Counted from the first letter of the stretch, positions 1-9,726 are shown. The stretch is DNA of 35,993 nucleotides from an uncultured Ruminococcus sp. (GCA_964424525.1 CAYRJG010000002.1:1-35993), one strand, 5' to 3'. Numbers and translations: made by a program. Notes: generated from the sequence alone by a model not told the origin.

Positions 1-126
1 CTTCCGTTTGTTGTCAAAATAAATTTTCGATGCTTTCTATTAGCTTAAATATCCATATAAACATATATATAGAATATAATCTAAAATTTAATTTTTGTTA
101 TAATTATAATTTTTTTATTTAATGTA

Positions 127-155
127 TTGACATTAGCCAAATGATATAGTATAAT
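127..155 (+). promoter_or_regulatory. Sigma-A-type promoter (TTGACA, 17 nt spacer, TATAAT) for the citrate synthase operon
   Basis: Exact TTGACA at 127-132, a 17-nt spacer and exact TATAAT at 150-155, about 65 nt upstream of the ATG at 221. Confidence 0.55.
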
Positions 156-170
156 TGTACTCACGAAAGA

Positions 171-189
171 TTGTATACAAGAATACAAT
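171..189 (+). promoter_or_regulatory. Candidate GntR-family operator (palindrome TTGTATACAA plus an adjacent ATACAA half-site)
   Basis: A perfect 10-bp palindrome TTGTATACAA sits at 171-180, just downstream of the -10 box. It fits the generic GntR/FadR-type t.GT.n.AC.a operator shape. A GntR gene is embedded in the operon. Confidence 0.35.
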
Positions 190-220
190 TGCGCTGAAAA
201 CCGAAAGGAATTGAGGAAAA

Positions 221-1600
221 ATGATTGAAAAGAACCCTTACAGCAATCTTCTGGAGCAGGCACAGTATAAGTATTCGCTTCAGGATGTCGAAGACCCCAA
301 CCTTTACCGAGAGATATATCCTTACGATGAAATACCTAAAATAGCATTTAACCACCGTCGAGTACCGCTTGCGATGCCTGCGGATGTATGGATAACTGAT
401 ACTACCTTCCGTGACGGTCAGCAGTCGCGCGCACCCTATACTGTAAAGCAGATAGTAGATCTTTACAAGATGCTTCATCGTCTTGGCGGTAAAAACGGTG
501 TAATACGCCAGAGTGAATTTTTTGTTTACACCGAAAAGGATAAGGAAGCTATGCTTCGCTGCATGGATCTCGGATATGAATTTCCCGAGATAACAACCTG
601 GATAAGAGCGAAGAAGGAGGATTTCGAGCTGGTTCGCAGTCTTGGAATTCGCGAAACGGGTATCCTCGTTTCCTGCTCCGACTATCATATTTTCAAAAAA
701 CTCGGACTTTCTCGCGGTGAGGCACTTGATCACTATCTCGCTGTAGTAAAGCGCGCGTTTGATGCGGGCATTCGCCCCAGATGTCACCTTGAAGACATTA
801 CCCGTGCAGACTTTTACGGCTTTGTTGTTCCGTTTGTCAATGAGCTTACCGAGCTTTCGCACGAGGCAGGAATTCCTGTAAAAATTCGTATGTGTGATAC
901 TATGGGATATGGAGTATCCTATCCCGGTGTTGCGCTTCCGCGAAGTGTTCCTGGTATCGTTTACGGTCTTCACCACTATGCAGGCGTTTCCTCGGATATG
1001 CTTGAATGGCACGGTCATAACGATTTTTATCAGGGAGTTAATAATGCGGTTAACGCTTGGCTTTACGGCGCATCTGCGGTTAACTGCTCGCTTCTCGGCA
1101 TAGGAGAGCGCACAGGTAACGTTCCTCTTGAGGCTATGGTTGTTCAATATGCCTCGATTCTTGGAACACTGAACGGAATGGATACTACCGTTATTACCGA
1201 AATAGCAGATTATTTCAAAAATGAGCTTCATTACGATATACCGCCGATGACACCCTATGTAGGTGATAATTTTAATATGACTCGCGCAGGTATTCACGCA
1301 GACGGACTTATGAAGGATGCGGAGATTTATAACATCTTTAATACAGAAAAAATACTCAATAAGAGCGCTATGGTTGCAATATCCAACACATCCGGAACAG
1401 CCGGAATCGCGTATTGGATAAATAACCACTATGGATTGACAGGAGATGATGTCCTTACTAAGCAGTCGGAGCTTGTTGTAAACATTAAGTCGGATATAGA
1501 TAAGCTTTATTCCGATGGAAGAACGACTCTTATGGGTGATGACGAAATGGAAAGTCTTGTCCAATCCTACAGACCTATGTTTCTTACAAAAAGAGGTTGA
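221..1600 (+). CDS. HMGL-like / LeuA-NifV family synthase, most likely Re-face citrate synthase (homocitrate/2-isopropylmalate synthase relative)
   Basis: 459-aa ORF with the ITDTTFRDGQQ signature and a later EWHGHNDFY metal-site motif. It is clustered directly with aconitase and isocitrate dehydrogenase, the context known for clostridial Re-citrate synthase. Confidence 0.75.
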   Translation: MIEKNPYSNLLEQAQYKYSLQDVEDPNLYREIYPYDEIPKIAFNHRRVPLAMPADVWITDTTFRDGQQSRAPYTVKQIVDLYKMLHRLGGKNGVIRQSEFFVYTEKDKEAMLRCMDLGYEFPEITTWIRAKKEDFELVRSLGIRETGILVSCSDYHIFKKLGLSRGEALDHYLAVVKRAFDAGIRPRCHLEDITRADFYGFVVPFVNELTELSHEAGIPVKIRMCDTMGYGVSYPGVALPRSVPGIVYGLHHYAGVSSDMLEWHGHNDFYQGVNNAVNAWLYGASAVNCSLLGIGERTGNVPLEAMVVQYASILGTLNGMDTTVITEIADYFKNELHYDIPPMTPYVGDNFNMTRAGIHADGLMKDAEIYNIFNTEKILNKSAMVAISNTSGTAGIAYWINNHYGLTGDDVLTKQSELVVNIKSDIDKLYSDGRTTLMGDDEMESLVQSYRPMFLTKRG

Positions 1601-1602
1601 GT

Positions 1603-2283
1603 ATGAAGGTAGAAAGCAAATTTATATCACTTGAAGAACAGGTGTATATCGAGCTTGAGGAAGAAATTCTTTCCGGAAAACTTACACGGGGTACACCGCT
1701 TGCCGAAATCGCGCTTTCGGAGCGGCTTGGAGTGAGCAGAACTCCGGTTCGAAGTGCGATTCATCGACTTGCCGAAGAGGGGCTTGTGGAAACCGTGGCA
1801 AACAAGGGTGCTGTTGTTGTTGGTATAACCAAGGATGACCTTGTCGATATATACCGAATAAGAGTGCGCCTTGAAGGTCTTGCTTCGGCTATCGCCGCGG
1901 AAAAGATAAATGATGAAGGACTTCGTACACTCCGCGAATCGGTTGAGCTTTCCGAATTTTACCTCAAGAGAATAGGTCCTGACGATACAGACAGATTAAA
2001 GGAGCTTGACTCGGAATTTCACGAAACGATATACAAAGCAACAGGAAACCGTTTGCTTTGCAAAACGCTTTCCGAGCTTCACAGAAAAATTAAACTTTAC
2101 AGAAAACTCTCTCTCTCGGTGCCGGGGCGTCTTGAGCGCTCGGTTCTTGAGCATAGAGAAATACTTGCAGCAATAGAGGCACATGATGCACAAGCGGCAG
2201 ACAGGCTCACTTCATGCCATATAGAGCGTGCGCTTGAAAACCTCATATTTGCGTTTGAAGCAGAAAAAAAAGAGGATAAGTAA
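1603..2283 (+). CDS. GntR family transcriptional regulator (FCD/FadR-like C-terminal domain)
   Basis: N-terminal winged-helix region LSERLGVSRTPVRSAIHRLAEEGLVE, followed by an all-helical C-terminal domain. An AAGAGG RBS lies 6 nt before the ATG at 1603. The ORF track starts at the in-frame TTG at 1597. Confidence 0.85.
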   Translation: MKVESKFISLEEQVYIELEEEILSGKLTRGTPLAEIALSERLGVSRTPVRSAIHRLAEEGLVETVANKGAVVVGITKDDLVDIYRIRVRLEGLASAIAAEKINDEGLRTLRESVELSEFYLKRIGPDDTDRLKELDSEFHETIYKATGNRLLCKTLSELHRKIKLYRKLSLSVPGRLERSVLEHREILAAIEAHDAQAADRLTSCHIERALENLIFAFEAEKKEDK

Positions 2284-2285
2284 AA

Positions 2286-4217
2286 ATGGGATATACCGTT
2301 GCACAAAAAATAATTAAAAATCATCTTGTCTCCGGGGAAATGAAGGCAGGATGTGAAATAGGTCTTAAAATCGACCAAACTCTTACCCAGGATGCCACCG
2401 GAACCATGGCATATCTTCAGCTTGAGGCTATGGGGATAGAGAGAGTTAAAACCGAGCTTTCGGTTGCTTATATAGATCACAACACCCTTCAGGCAGGCTT
2501 CGAAAATGCGGATGACCACAGATATATACAGACGGTTGCCAAAAAGCACGGAGTGAAATTTTCACGCCCCGGAAACGGCATCTGTCATCAGGTTCATCTT
2601 GAACGCTTCGGAGTACCCGGAAAAACTCTTATCGGTTCGGATAGCCACACTCCCACAGCAGGCGGTATCGGTATGCTTGGAATGGGCGCGGGCGGCCTTG
2701 ACGTTGCTGTTGCTATGGGCGGCGGAACCTATTACATCAATATGCCTAAAATTATAAATATAGAGCTTGTCGGCTCGCTTGGTGCATACGTTGGCGCAAA
2801 GGACGTTATTCTTGAGGTTCTTCGCATGCTCGGAGTTAAGGGCGGCGTTGGTGCAATTATGGAATACACGGGCACGGGAGTTAAGACTCTTACCGTTCCT
2901 CAACGCGCAACAATTACGAACATGGGCGCGGAGCTTGGTGCTACAAGCTCAATATTCCCATCCGACGATGTAACGAGAGATTTTCTTATTGCGGAGGGTA
3001 GAGAGGAGTGCTTTGTTCCGCTTCTTGCCGACGATGATGCTGTGTATGATGCTCACTATACCGTTGACCTTTCTGCACTTCGTCCTCTTGCGGCTTGTCC
3101 TCATAGTCCGGATAATGTCAAACCCGTGTCAAGTATTGCGGGTATGAAGGTTGATCAGGTATGCATAGGCTCTTGTACCAATTCTTCTATGCTTGATATG
3201 CTTACCGTTGCGGCAATTCTCAAGGGCAAAACCGTACATCCCGATGTTTCACTTTCTATCTCTCCCGGCTCAAAGCAGGTTTATACTATGCTTGCAGAGT
3301 GCGGTGCGCTTGCTGACCTTATTGCGGCAGGTGCCAGAATTCTTGAATGTGCCTGCGGACCTTGTATAGGTATGGGATTCTCCCCGAAGTCCGGTGGTGT
3401 AAGCCTTCGTACCTTCAATAGAAACTTCCTTGCACGCAGCGGTACTGCGGATGCACAGGTCTATCTTGTTTCTCCCGAAACTGCGGCGGCATCGGCTATT
3501 GCAGGCGTGCTTGTTGATCCTACGACTCTCGGAGCTGCTCCCGCAATCGATATGCCGAAGACCTTCAAGATAAATGATAACTTCATAGAAGAGCCCGCAA
3601 GCGCAGAGCAAGCGTGCAATATTACCGTTGAGCGCGGTCCTAATATCAAGCCTATTCCGATAGGTAAGGTTCCGGATAACGACCTTTCCTGCGAGCTTAT
3701 TCTCAAGGTTGGTGACAATATTACAACCGACCATATTATGCCTGCCGGAACAAAGGTTTTGCCGTACAGATCAAACGTTCCGAAGCTCTCGGAGTTCTGC
3801 TTCACCGTTTGTGATAAGGATTTCCCGAAGAGAGCGACAGAGCGCGGCGGTGGAATTATTCTCGGTGGTCAGAACTACGGTCAGGGCTCATCCCGCGAGC
3901 ACGCAGCGCTCGTTCCCCTCTATCTCGGCATCCGCGCGGTGATTGCAAAGAGCTTTGCAAGAATCCACGTTGCAAATCTTATCAATTTTGGTATAACTCC
4001 CCTGACTCTTGAAAATGAAGAGGATTATGATAAACTTACAGAGGGCGATTCTCTTTACATTGAAGGCTTTGCCGAAGCAATTAAAAATGCAGATAGAGTT
4101 ATACTTGTAAATAACAAAAACGGCGCACGGGTGGCACTTAAGCTTACTCTTACTGCACGTCAGAGAGAAATTCTTCTTGCGGGCGGTATGCTGAATTACA
4201 CCAAATCGCACGGATGA
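2286..4217 (+). CDS. Aconitate hydratase (aconitase)
   Basis: 643 aa with aconitase motifs GSDSHT, IGSCTNSS and CGPCIGMG (Fe-S ligand contexts), plus the swivel-domain motif GQNYGQGSSREHAA. Confidence 0.9.
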   Translation: MGYTVAQKIIKNHLVSGEMKAGCEIGLKIDQTLTQDATGTMAYLQLEAMGIERVKTELSVAYIDHNTLQAGFENADDHRYIQTVAKKHGVKFSRPGNGICHQVHLERFGVPGKTLIGSDSHTPTAGGIGMLGMGAGGLDVAVAMGGGTYYINMPKIINIELVGSLGAYVGAKDVILEVLRMLGVKGGVGAIMEYTGTGVKTLTVPQRATITNMGAELGATSSIFPSDDVTRDFLIAEGREECFVPLLADDDAVYDAHYTVDLSALRPLAACPHSPDNVKPVSSIAGMKVDQVCIGSCTNSSMLDMLTVAAILKGKTVHPDVSLSISPGSKQVYTMLAECGALADLIAAGARILECACGPCIGMGFSPKSGGVSLRTFNRNFLARSGTADAQVYLVSPETAAASAIAGVLVDPTTLGAAPAIDMPKTFKINDNFIEEPASAEQACNITVERGPNIKPIPIGKVPDNDLSCELILKVGDNITTDHIMPAGTKVLPYRSNVPKLSEFCFTVCDKDFPKRATERGGGIILGGQNYGQGSSREHAALVPLYLGIRAVIAKSFARIHVANLINFGITPLTLENEEDYDKLTEGDSLYIEGFAEAIKNADRVILVNNKNGARVALKLTLTARQREILLAGGMLNYTKSHG

Positions 4218-4343
4218 TTGGCAAAAGCAGGGAATATCGCAGTTAGATGTCGCGAGCTTTATGATGCTCTCTGTGAAACAACTGCGATAGCATTACAGTA
4301 TAGACTAAATAAATTACGTATATGAAAAGAAAGGTTTACAAAA

Positions 4344-5516
4344 ATGGCAAATTACGATATAAATTTGGATGAAGCGTGCAAAAAATTCCGCAAAATTCTT
4401 GAAGAACAGCTTGTGCGCGTTGAGGATATGAAGGCCCAGGGAGATTTTGTAGATTACGCATCTCTTGATAAGCTTATAATTGGTGTTTGCGGTGGTGACG
4501 GTATTGGTCCGATTATCACAAAGGAAGCAGAAAGAGTTCTTCGCTTTATGCTTTCCGATCTCGTAGAAGCGGGTAAGGTTGAATTCAAAACCATTGACGG
4601 GCTCACTCTTGAAAACCGTATAGCTCATAATAAAGCTATTCCCGATGATGTAATGGCAGAGCTTAAGGCTTGTCACATCATTCTCAAAGGTCCTACCACC
4701 ACCCCCCAGAAGGGAAGCGGTATGCCTAATATTGAGTCGGCAAACGTTGCTATGCGTAAGGCACTTGACCTTTTTGCTAATGTTCGTCCCGTTAAAGTTC
4801 CGGAGGAAGGTATTAACTGGGTTATCTTCCGCGAAAATACCGAGGGTGGATACGCGGTTGGTTCGTCCGGATTTAATGTTACCGATGATCTCGCGGTAGA
4901 TTTTACCATTACCACCAAGCAGGGCTCGGACAGAATCGCCCGTCTTGCCTATGACTATGCAAGAAAGAACAATATGGGAAGAGTTTCTCTCGTAACCAAG
5001 GCAAATGTAATCAAAACAACCGACGGTAATTTCCTTGAGGATTGCCACAAGGTTGCAGAGCTTTATCCCGAAATCGTGACCGATGAGTGGTATGCCGATA
5101 TCATGACGGCGAAGCTCGTTGATAAGAAGCGCCGCCGCGATTTCAAGGTTCTTCTTCTCCCGAACCTCTACGGTGATATAATTTCGGATGAAGCGGCAGA
5201 GTTCCAGGGCGGAGTAGGTACTGCCGGATGCGCAAATATCGGCAAGAAATATGCAATGTTTGAGGCTATTCATGGCTCTGCACCGAGAATGGTCAATGAG
5301 GGCAGAGCTATATACGCGGATCCCTGCTCGATGCTCCGCGCGTCCGTAATGCTTCTCTCTCATATAGGACTCCAGGATAGAGCCGACAGGCTTGAGCGCG
5401 CTCTTGATATATGCTCCTTTGAGGAAAAGAAGCTTGTAATTACGGGTAGATCAACAGGTGCGACCTGTGAGGACTTCGGTGATTACGTAATGGAAACCAT
5501 CAAGAAGCTTTCTTGA
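4344..5516 (+). CDS. icd: Isocitrate dehydrogenase (isocitrate/isopropylmalate dehydrogenase family)
   Basis: 390 aa with the family motifs ANVRPVK and NLYGDIISDEAA. It is the last gene of the citrate synthase-aconitase cluster. Confidence 0.8.
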   Translation: MANYDINLDEACKKFRKILEEQLVRVEDMKAQGDFVDYASLDKLIIGVCGGDGIGPIITKEAERVLRFMLSDLVEAGKVEFKTIDGLTLENRIAHNKAIPDDVMAELKACHIILKGPTTTPQKGSGMPNIESANVAMRKALDLFANVRPVKVPEEGINWVIFRENTEGGYAVGSSGFNVTDDLAVDFTITTKQGSDRIARLAYDYARKNNMGRVSLVTKANVIKTTDGNFLEDCHKVAELYPEIVTDEWYADIMTAKLVDKKRRRDFKVLLLPNLYGDIISDEAAEFQGGVGTAGCANIGKKYAMFEAIHGSAPRMVNEGRAIYADPCSMLRASVMLLSHIGLQDRADRLERALDICSFEEKKLVITGRSTGATCEDFGDYVMETIKKLS

Positions 5517-5660
5517 TTTATAAAGAGGCTGGCGCATTTGGACGTAACCGAAAATGACCGAAATAGAATAAAAAAGCTCACTTTTATACAAATGAGCTAA
5601 GAAAATATAGTATGTGGTTGAAATTCTACGAATTTCTCCATCAAATTATATTCATTTTCT

Positions 5661-5795
5661 ATTCGCGTTTCCCGACCTCGACGTATTTTATACGTAGCGA
5701 AGCGGCGCGAGGGTGTTGAATGACAGTTAATAACTGTCAGACCCCGAGCGTGACCGAGCCCGCAGGCGAGAACTGTTGGTCGGGAGAACCCGAAT
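5661..5795. ncRNA. Candidate structured RNA or structured 3'UTR element of unknown family
   Basis: A GC-rich island in an AT-rich spacer between convergent genes. The long-range helix TTTCCCGACC (5668-5677) / GGTCGGGAGA (5779-5788) is extended by ATTCG (5661-5665) / CGAAT (5791-5795). It encloses hairpins at 5681-5695 and 5721-5739, and a strong terminator follows at 5828-5871. Confidence 0.3.
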
Positions 5796-5827
5796 TTTCG
5801 CTCCAAATCCCCCTAGCCCCTTAACGC

Positions 5828-5871
5828 AAAAAGTGCTGACAATGTTTTTCTGTCAGCACTTTTTATTTTTT
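5828..5871. terminator. Bidirectional rho-independent terminator between icd-side transcripts and tcdA
   Basis: 10-bp stem AGTGCTGACA (5832-5841) / TGTCAGCACT (5851-5860) with a 9-nt loop. It is flanked by an A-run on the left and TTTTATTTTTT on the right. Confidence 0.8.
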
Positions 5872-6589
5872 ACTGTTCCTTTTCAAGACAAATATCCTTT
5901 ATTACCTCGGATGCAATAATCAATCCAACAACCGATGGGACAAAGGCGATACTTCCGGGGGCGTGTCGCGTTATTTGCCCGTTTTCGTTATCCGCAACTG
6001 CGCGTATGGGCTCTTCCTCGGAATATACCACCTTCAAGTGGTTGATTCCTCGGCGGCGAAGCTCGCCTCGCATCACTCTTGCCAGTGGGCAAACCTTAGT
6101 TTTTGATATATCGGCAACGCGGAAGGCTGTGGGATCAAGCTTGTTTCCTGCGCCCATTGATGAGATAATCGGCACACCGCACTCCTTTGCGCGCTCTATA
6201 AGTAATATCTTACTTGATACCGAGTCTATTGCATCAATTACATAGTCATATTTTGAAAGATCAAAGCCGTCAGCGTTTTCGTGTGAATAGAAAACATCAC
6301 TCACCTCAATTTTTACATCGGGGTTTATTGAAAGCGCACGAAGACGAGCTGCCTCGACCTTTTTCATTCCGACCGTTTCGGTAGTTGCGATTATCTGACG
6401 GTTGATATTGCTTTCCGCAACGCAGTCGGCGTCTATAATATGAATAGCACCGACTCCCGTACGAACAAGTGCTTCAAGCGCATATCCGCCAACTCCGCCA
6501 ACTCCGAATAAAGCGACACGGGCTTGGCATAAGCGTTCCATAGCCGCACAACCGAGCAAAAGCTCGCTTCTCTTAAAATATTCCTTCAT
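5870..6589 (-). CDS. tcdA: tRNA threonylcarbamoyladenosine dehydratase (ThiF/MoeB-family, TcdA/CsdL-like)
   Basis: 239 aa with a Rossmann motif (VALFGVGGVGGY), then IIDADCVAESNINRQ, and the length and layout typical of TcdA. Confidence 0.8.
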   Translation of the reverse strand: MKEYFKRSELLLGCAAMERLCQARVALFGVGGVGGYALEALVRTGVGAIHIIDADCVAESNINRQIIATTETVGMKKVEAARLRALSINPDVKIEVSDVFYSHENADGFDLSKYDYVIDAIDSVSSKILLIERAKECGVPIISSMGAGNKLDPTAFRVADISKTKVCPLARVMRGELRRRGINHLKVVYSEEEPIRAVADNENGQITRHAPGSIAFVPSVVGLIIASEVIKDICLEKEQ

Positions 6590-6592
6590 ATC

Positions 6593-7648
6593 TTAAAACT
6601 CGCCTCTTGCGATAGCCTTTATAAGATTGAAATTCTCGTCAACGATGATGAAATCCGCATCGTAGCCAACTTCGATTTTTCCTTTGTTAAGACCCATTTG
6701 ACGCGCAGGGTTCTCGCTGGCCATCTTAACCGCATCCTCGGCAGGGATTCCGAAGGAAATCGCGCATTTTACACAGTCAAAGAGCGAGCTTGTTGAGCCG
6801 GCAAGATTTCCGCCCTCTGTTCTTGCCGTACCATCCTTAACTATTGTCTTTTGACCGCCGAAAATATATGTTCCGTCATCAAGTCCTGTGGCGCACATTG
6901 AATCGCTTATGAGAATGATTCTATCCTTGCCGAATATTTTGATAAGCATTCTGACAGCTGCGGGATGAACGTGCTTTCCGTCACAGATAAGCTCGGCATA
7001 AACACCCTCACTATCCGAGCCTGCGCCAATCGGTCCGGGGGCTCGGTGATGAATTCCGGGCATTACGTTATAGGTGTGGGTGATGGATTTTGCACCGCAC
7101 CTAAAGGCTTCCATGCAGGTGTCGTAGTCGGCATCCGTGTGACCTAATGATACTACTGCGGGGCATTCCTTGATAAATTCCATAGCACCATCAATCTCGG
7201 GAGCAACCGTTACTTTTTTTATGTTTTTGCAGGCATTGAAAAGCTCCATTGAGGGGGGGAGAATATATGCTTCGTTTTGCGCGCCCTTATACTTTTTATT
7301 GATGAACGGACCTTCCATGTGAAAGCCGGGAATATTAGCTCCGTGTCCGAGATCTATATTTACCGAGGTCGCGGCAATTATTTCTTCGCGGCTCATTGTC
7401 ATAGTTGTCGGATACCAGGTAGTAACACCCTTTGAAAGCTCCCAATCCGCCATTTCGTCGAGCCTGCAATCCATAGTATCAAAGCTTATAGTTCCGTGAC
7501 TGTGTACGTCGATAAGACCGGGGAATATTCTTGCGCCCTCGAAATCTACGCCATCACCGGATATTTTGCCTATTTCTACAATTTTACCGTTTTCGACTCC
7601 AATGTCCACGTTCTTTTTGCAAAGGCTCACGTTCTTTATTATTTTCAA
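6593..7648 (-). CDS. nagA: N-acetylglucosamine-6-phosphate deacetylase
   Basis: 351 aa amidohydrolase with PGLIDVHSHG, HMEGPFIN, LGHTDA, THTYNVM and ELICDGKHVH, which are the NagA hallmark motifs. Confidence 0.85.
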   Translation of the reverse strand: MKIIKNVSLCKKNVDIGVENGKIVEIGKISGDGVDFEGARIFPGLIDVHSHGTISFDTMDCRLDEMADWELSKGVTTWYPTTMTMSREEIIAATSVNIDLGHGANIPGFHMEGPFINKKYKGAQNEAYILPPSMELFNACKNIKKVTVAPEIDGAMEFIKECPAVVSLGHTDADYDTCMEAFRCGAKSITHTYNVMPGIHHRAPGPIGAGSDSEGVYAELICDGKHVHPAAVRMLIKIFGKDRIILISDSMCATGLDDGTYIFGGQKTIVKDGTARTEGGNLAGSTSSLFDCVKCAISFGIPAEDAVKMASENPARQMGLNKGKIEVGYDADFIIVDENFNLIKAIARGEF

Positions 7649-7840
7649 GATTTTAGCACCTCGTTTCCTTGTATGTATGGGATTTTTTATATTTTAACTT
7701 AATTATAAACCAAGCCGTGCAAAAAGTCAATAAAACTATTGCAGTGCGAATGAATTTGTGCTAAAATAAAGATTGAAAAATGTAAAAATACGTCAAGTCG
7801 TATTGCTCGATGAGTCGGTGTATGACTGAAAGGATATATT

Positions 7841-9385
7841 ATGCTTTCTAAAATTTATTCTTCGGGAGTTTTCGGAATAGACGGTTACGAGGTGACCGTT
7901 GAGTGCTCAAGTTGGAACAGAGTTCCTCGATTTGACCTTGTAGGTCTGCCTGATGCGGCTGTAAAAGAGGCAAAAAATCGAGTTCAATCTGCTTGCGAGA
8001 ATTCCGGATTTAAGTTTCCTGCTCTCGATATTATGATAAATCTTGCGCCTGCTGATAGGAAAAAAGAGGGAACAGCCTTTGACCTTGCAATAATAACCGC
8101 AATTCTTCAAAGCGACGGAACCATTCCTCACAGCGAAGACCTGTCGGATAAGTGCTTTTTGGGTGAGCTTTCGCTCTCCGGCGAGGTGCGCGGCATTGGC
8201 GGCATCCTGCCAATGGCTATTTCTGCAAGAGATTCGGGAAGAAAGGAAATATTCGTTCCCGATGTAAATGTAAAGGAAGCCTCGGTTGTCGAGGGGATAA
8301 CCGTTTATGGCGTTAAAACTCTGCGCTCGCTCATCGAACACTTGAAGGGCGTGGCACTTATTGAGCCTGCTCGCAGAGATAATGTGAGTTTTGACTTTTC
8401 GGGCAAAGACCTGGGGATCGATTTTTCGGATGTGCGCGGTCAGCTTAAGGCAAAGCGCGCTCTCGAAATTGCCGCGGCAGGCGGTCATAACGTGCTTATG
8501 ATAGGTCCTCCCGGTGCGGGAAAATCCATGCTTGCAAAGCGTTTGCCAACGATTCTTCCCGACCTCACGTTTGAAGAAGCTCTTGAAACAACCAAAATAC
8601 ACTCTGTCGCGGGAACGCTCAAGGGGGATATTATAACCGCGCGACCCTTCCGTTCGCCGCATCATACGGTTACATCGGTCGGATTGGTAGGCGGCGGCTC
8701 TAATCCGCGCCCCGGTGAAATATCAATAGCTCATAACGGAGTTCTCTTTCTTGATGAATTGCCGGAATTTTCAAAAAACGCAACGGAATCACTCCGTCAG
8801 CCGCTTGAAGATGGAAGAGTTACCGTAACGCGTGCCTTGGCAAAGGTAAGCTATCCTTCGTCATTTATGCTTGTATGCGCTATGAATCCGTGTAAGTGCG
8901 GATATTTCGGTGATTCTACAAAACAATGCTCCTGCACTCCCGCGTCGATTAAGAAATATCTAGAACGAGTAAGCGGACCGCTTCTTGACAGAATAGATAT
9001 AGAAATAGAACTTCCTTCGGTTTCTTATGCCGAAATATCCGGAAAAGCGAAAGCCGGCGAGCCTTCATCCGCAATACGAAGCCGTGTTAATGCCGCAAGA
9101 GCGTTTTCTGCGGAAAGACTTAAAAGAAACGGCGAGAGAGCTATTTTGCCCAATGCAAAGATGACTTCGGCTATGATGCACCGCTATTGTGCTCTCGGTG
9201 CGGAAGCATCCGATCTTATGCGTGATGCGTTTGACAGCCTTGGACTTTCTGCGCGCGGTCATGATAGAGTGCTTCGCGTCGCGAGAACGATTGCCGATCT
9301 TGACGGAGAAGAAAAAATCAATGCCGATCATATTGCCGAGGCAATAATGTACCGTTCTCTTGACAGAAAATACTGGAAAAAGTAG
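7841..9385 (+). CDS. YifB/ComM family Mg-chelatase-like AAA+ ATPase
   Basis: 514 aa with an N-terminal Lon-protease-like domain, Walker A GPPGAGKS, Walker B LFLDELPEF and a C-terminal ChlI-like domain. Confidence 0.9.
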   Translation: MLSKIYSSGVFGIDGYEVTVECSSWNRVPRFDLVGLPDAAVKEAKNRVQSACENSGFKFPALDIMINLAPADRKKEGTAFDLAIITAILQSDGTIPHSEDLSDKCFLGELSLSGEVRGIGGILPMAISARDSGRKEIFVPDVNVKEASVVEGITVYGVKTLRSLIEHLKGVALIEPARRDNVSFDFSGKDLGIDFSDVRGQLKAKRALEIAAAGGHNVLMIGPPGAGKSMLAKRLPTILPDLTFEEALETTKIHSVAGTLKGDIITARPFRSPHHTVTSVGLVGGGSNPRPGEISIAHNGVLFLDELPEFSKNATESLRQPLEDGRVTVTRALAKVSYPSSFMLVCAMNPCKCGYFGDSTKQCSCTPASIKKYLERVSGPLLDRIDIEIELPSVSYAEISGKAKAGEPSSAIRSRVNAARAFSAERLKRNGERAILPNAKMTSAMMHRYCALGAEASDLMRDAFDSLGLSARGHDRVLRVARTIADLDGEEKINADHIAEAIMYRSLDRKYWKK

Positions 9386-9685
9386 TCTAAAATCACAGGA
9401 TTGTCTTCTCCCTATAAAACTCGTTTTCGGCGCACCCGTGTGAAATATTTGAAGAATATGTATGTTTAAAAACGTGATATTTGTAAACTAAAATTTACAA
9501 AATGCCGCATTTTGCTTTTTAAGTCTGCTGCTTATATTTGAATGAAAAAACGGACTCGGTGCTCATTTGCGATAATTGTGCCAATTGCTAGGTGCAGTCG
9601 AGTTCGTCTAACCTTTTTGCGCTTTGCTCGGTTGAATGTTCGACTGCAAAAGTGCCTTTGATGTTTGACATAGAAAAGCTTTTTT

Positions 9686-9726
9686 GAAAAATCCCTCGGT
9701 GAAATTTGTGCCGAGGGATTTTTTGT
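9686..9726. terminator. Rho-independent terminator hairpin inside a long intergenic region
   Basis: Stem ATCCCTCGG (9691-9699) / CCGAGGGAT (9711-9719), flanked by an A-run and TTTTTTG. It is not adjacent to any annotated CDS end. Confidence 0.6.

Noticed and set aside
161-1564. A 467-aa minus-strand ORF opposite the citrate synthase gene. Similar antisense ORFs lie at 4314..5363, 7907..8665, 11948..12634, 14356..15090 and 15568..16464.
   Set aside because: Each lies entirely antisense to a gene with clear family motifs. Their translations are Ile/Asn/Lys/Cys-rich with no recognisable domains.
5597-5806. A 69-aa minus-strand ORF inside the GC-rich intergenic element.
   Set aside because: It has no RBS, its composition is Arg/Gly-rich and non-protein-like, and it coincides with strong nested hairpins. 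The region is better explained as structured RNA or DNA.
9542-9661. A 39-codon ORF (MKKRTRCSFAIIVPIARCSRVRLTFLRFARLNVRLQKCL) upstream of the orphan terminator.
   Set aside because: It has no Shine-Dalgarno sequence and no recognisable motif, and its arginine-rich composition is typical of chance ORFs. It is mentioned only as context in a low-interest finding.
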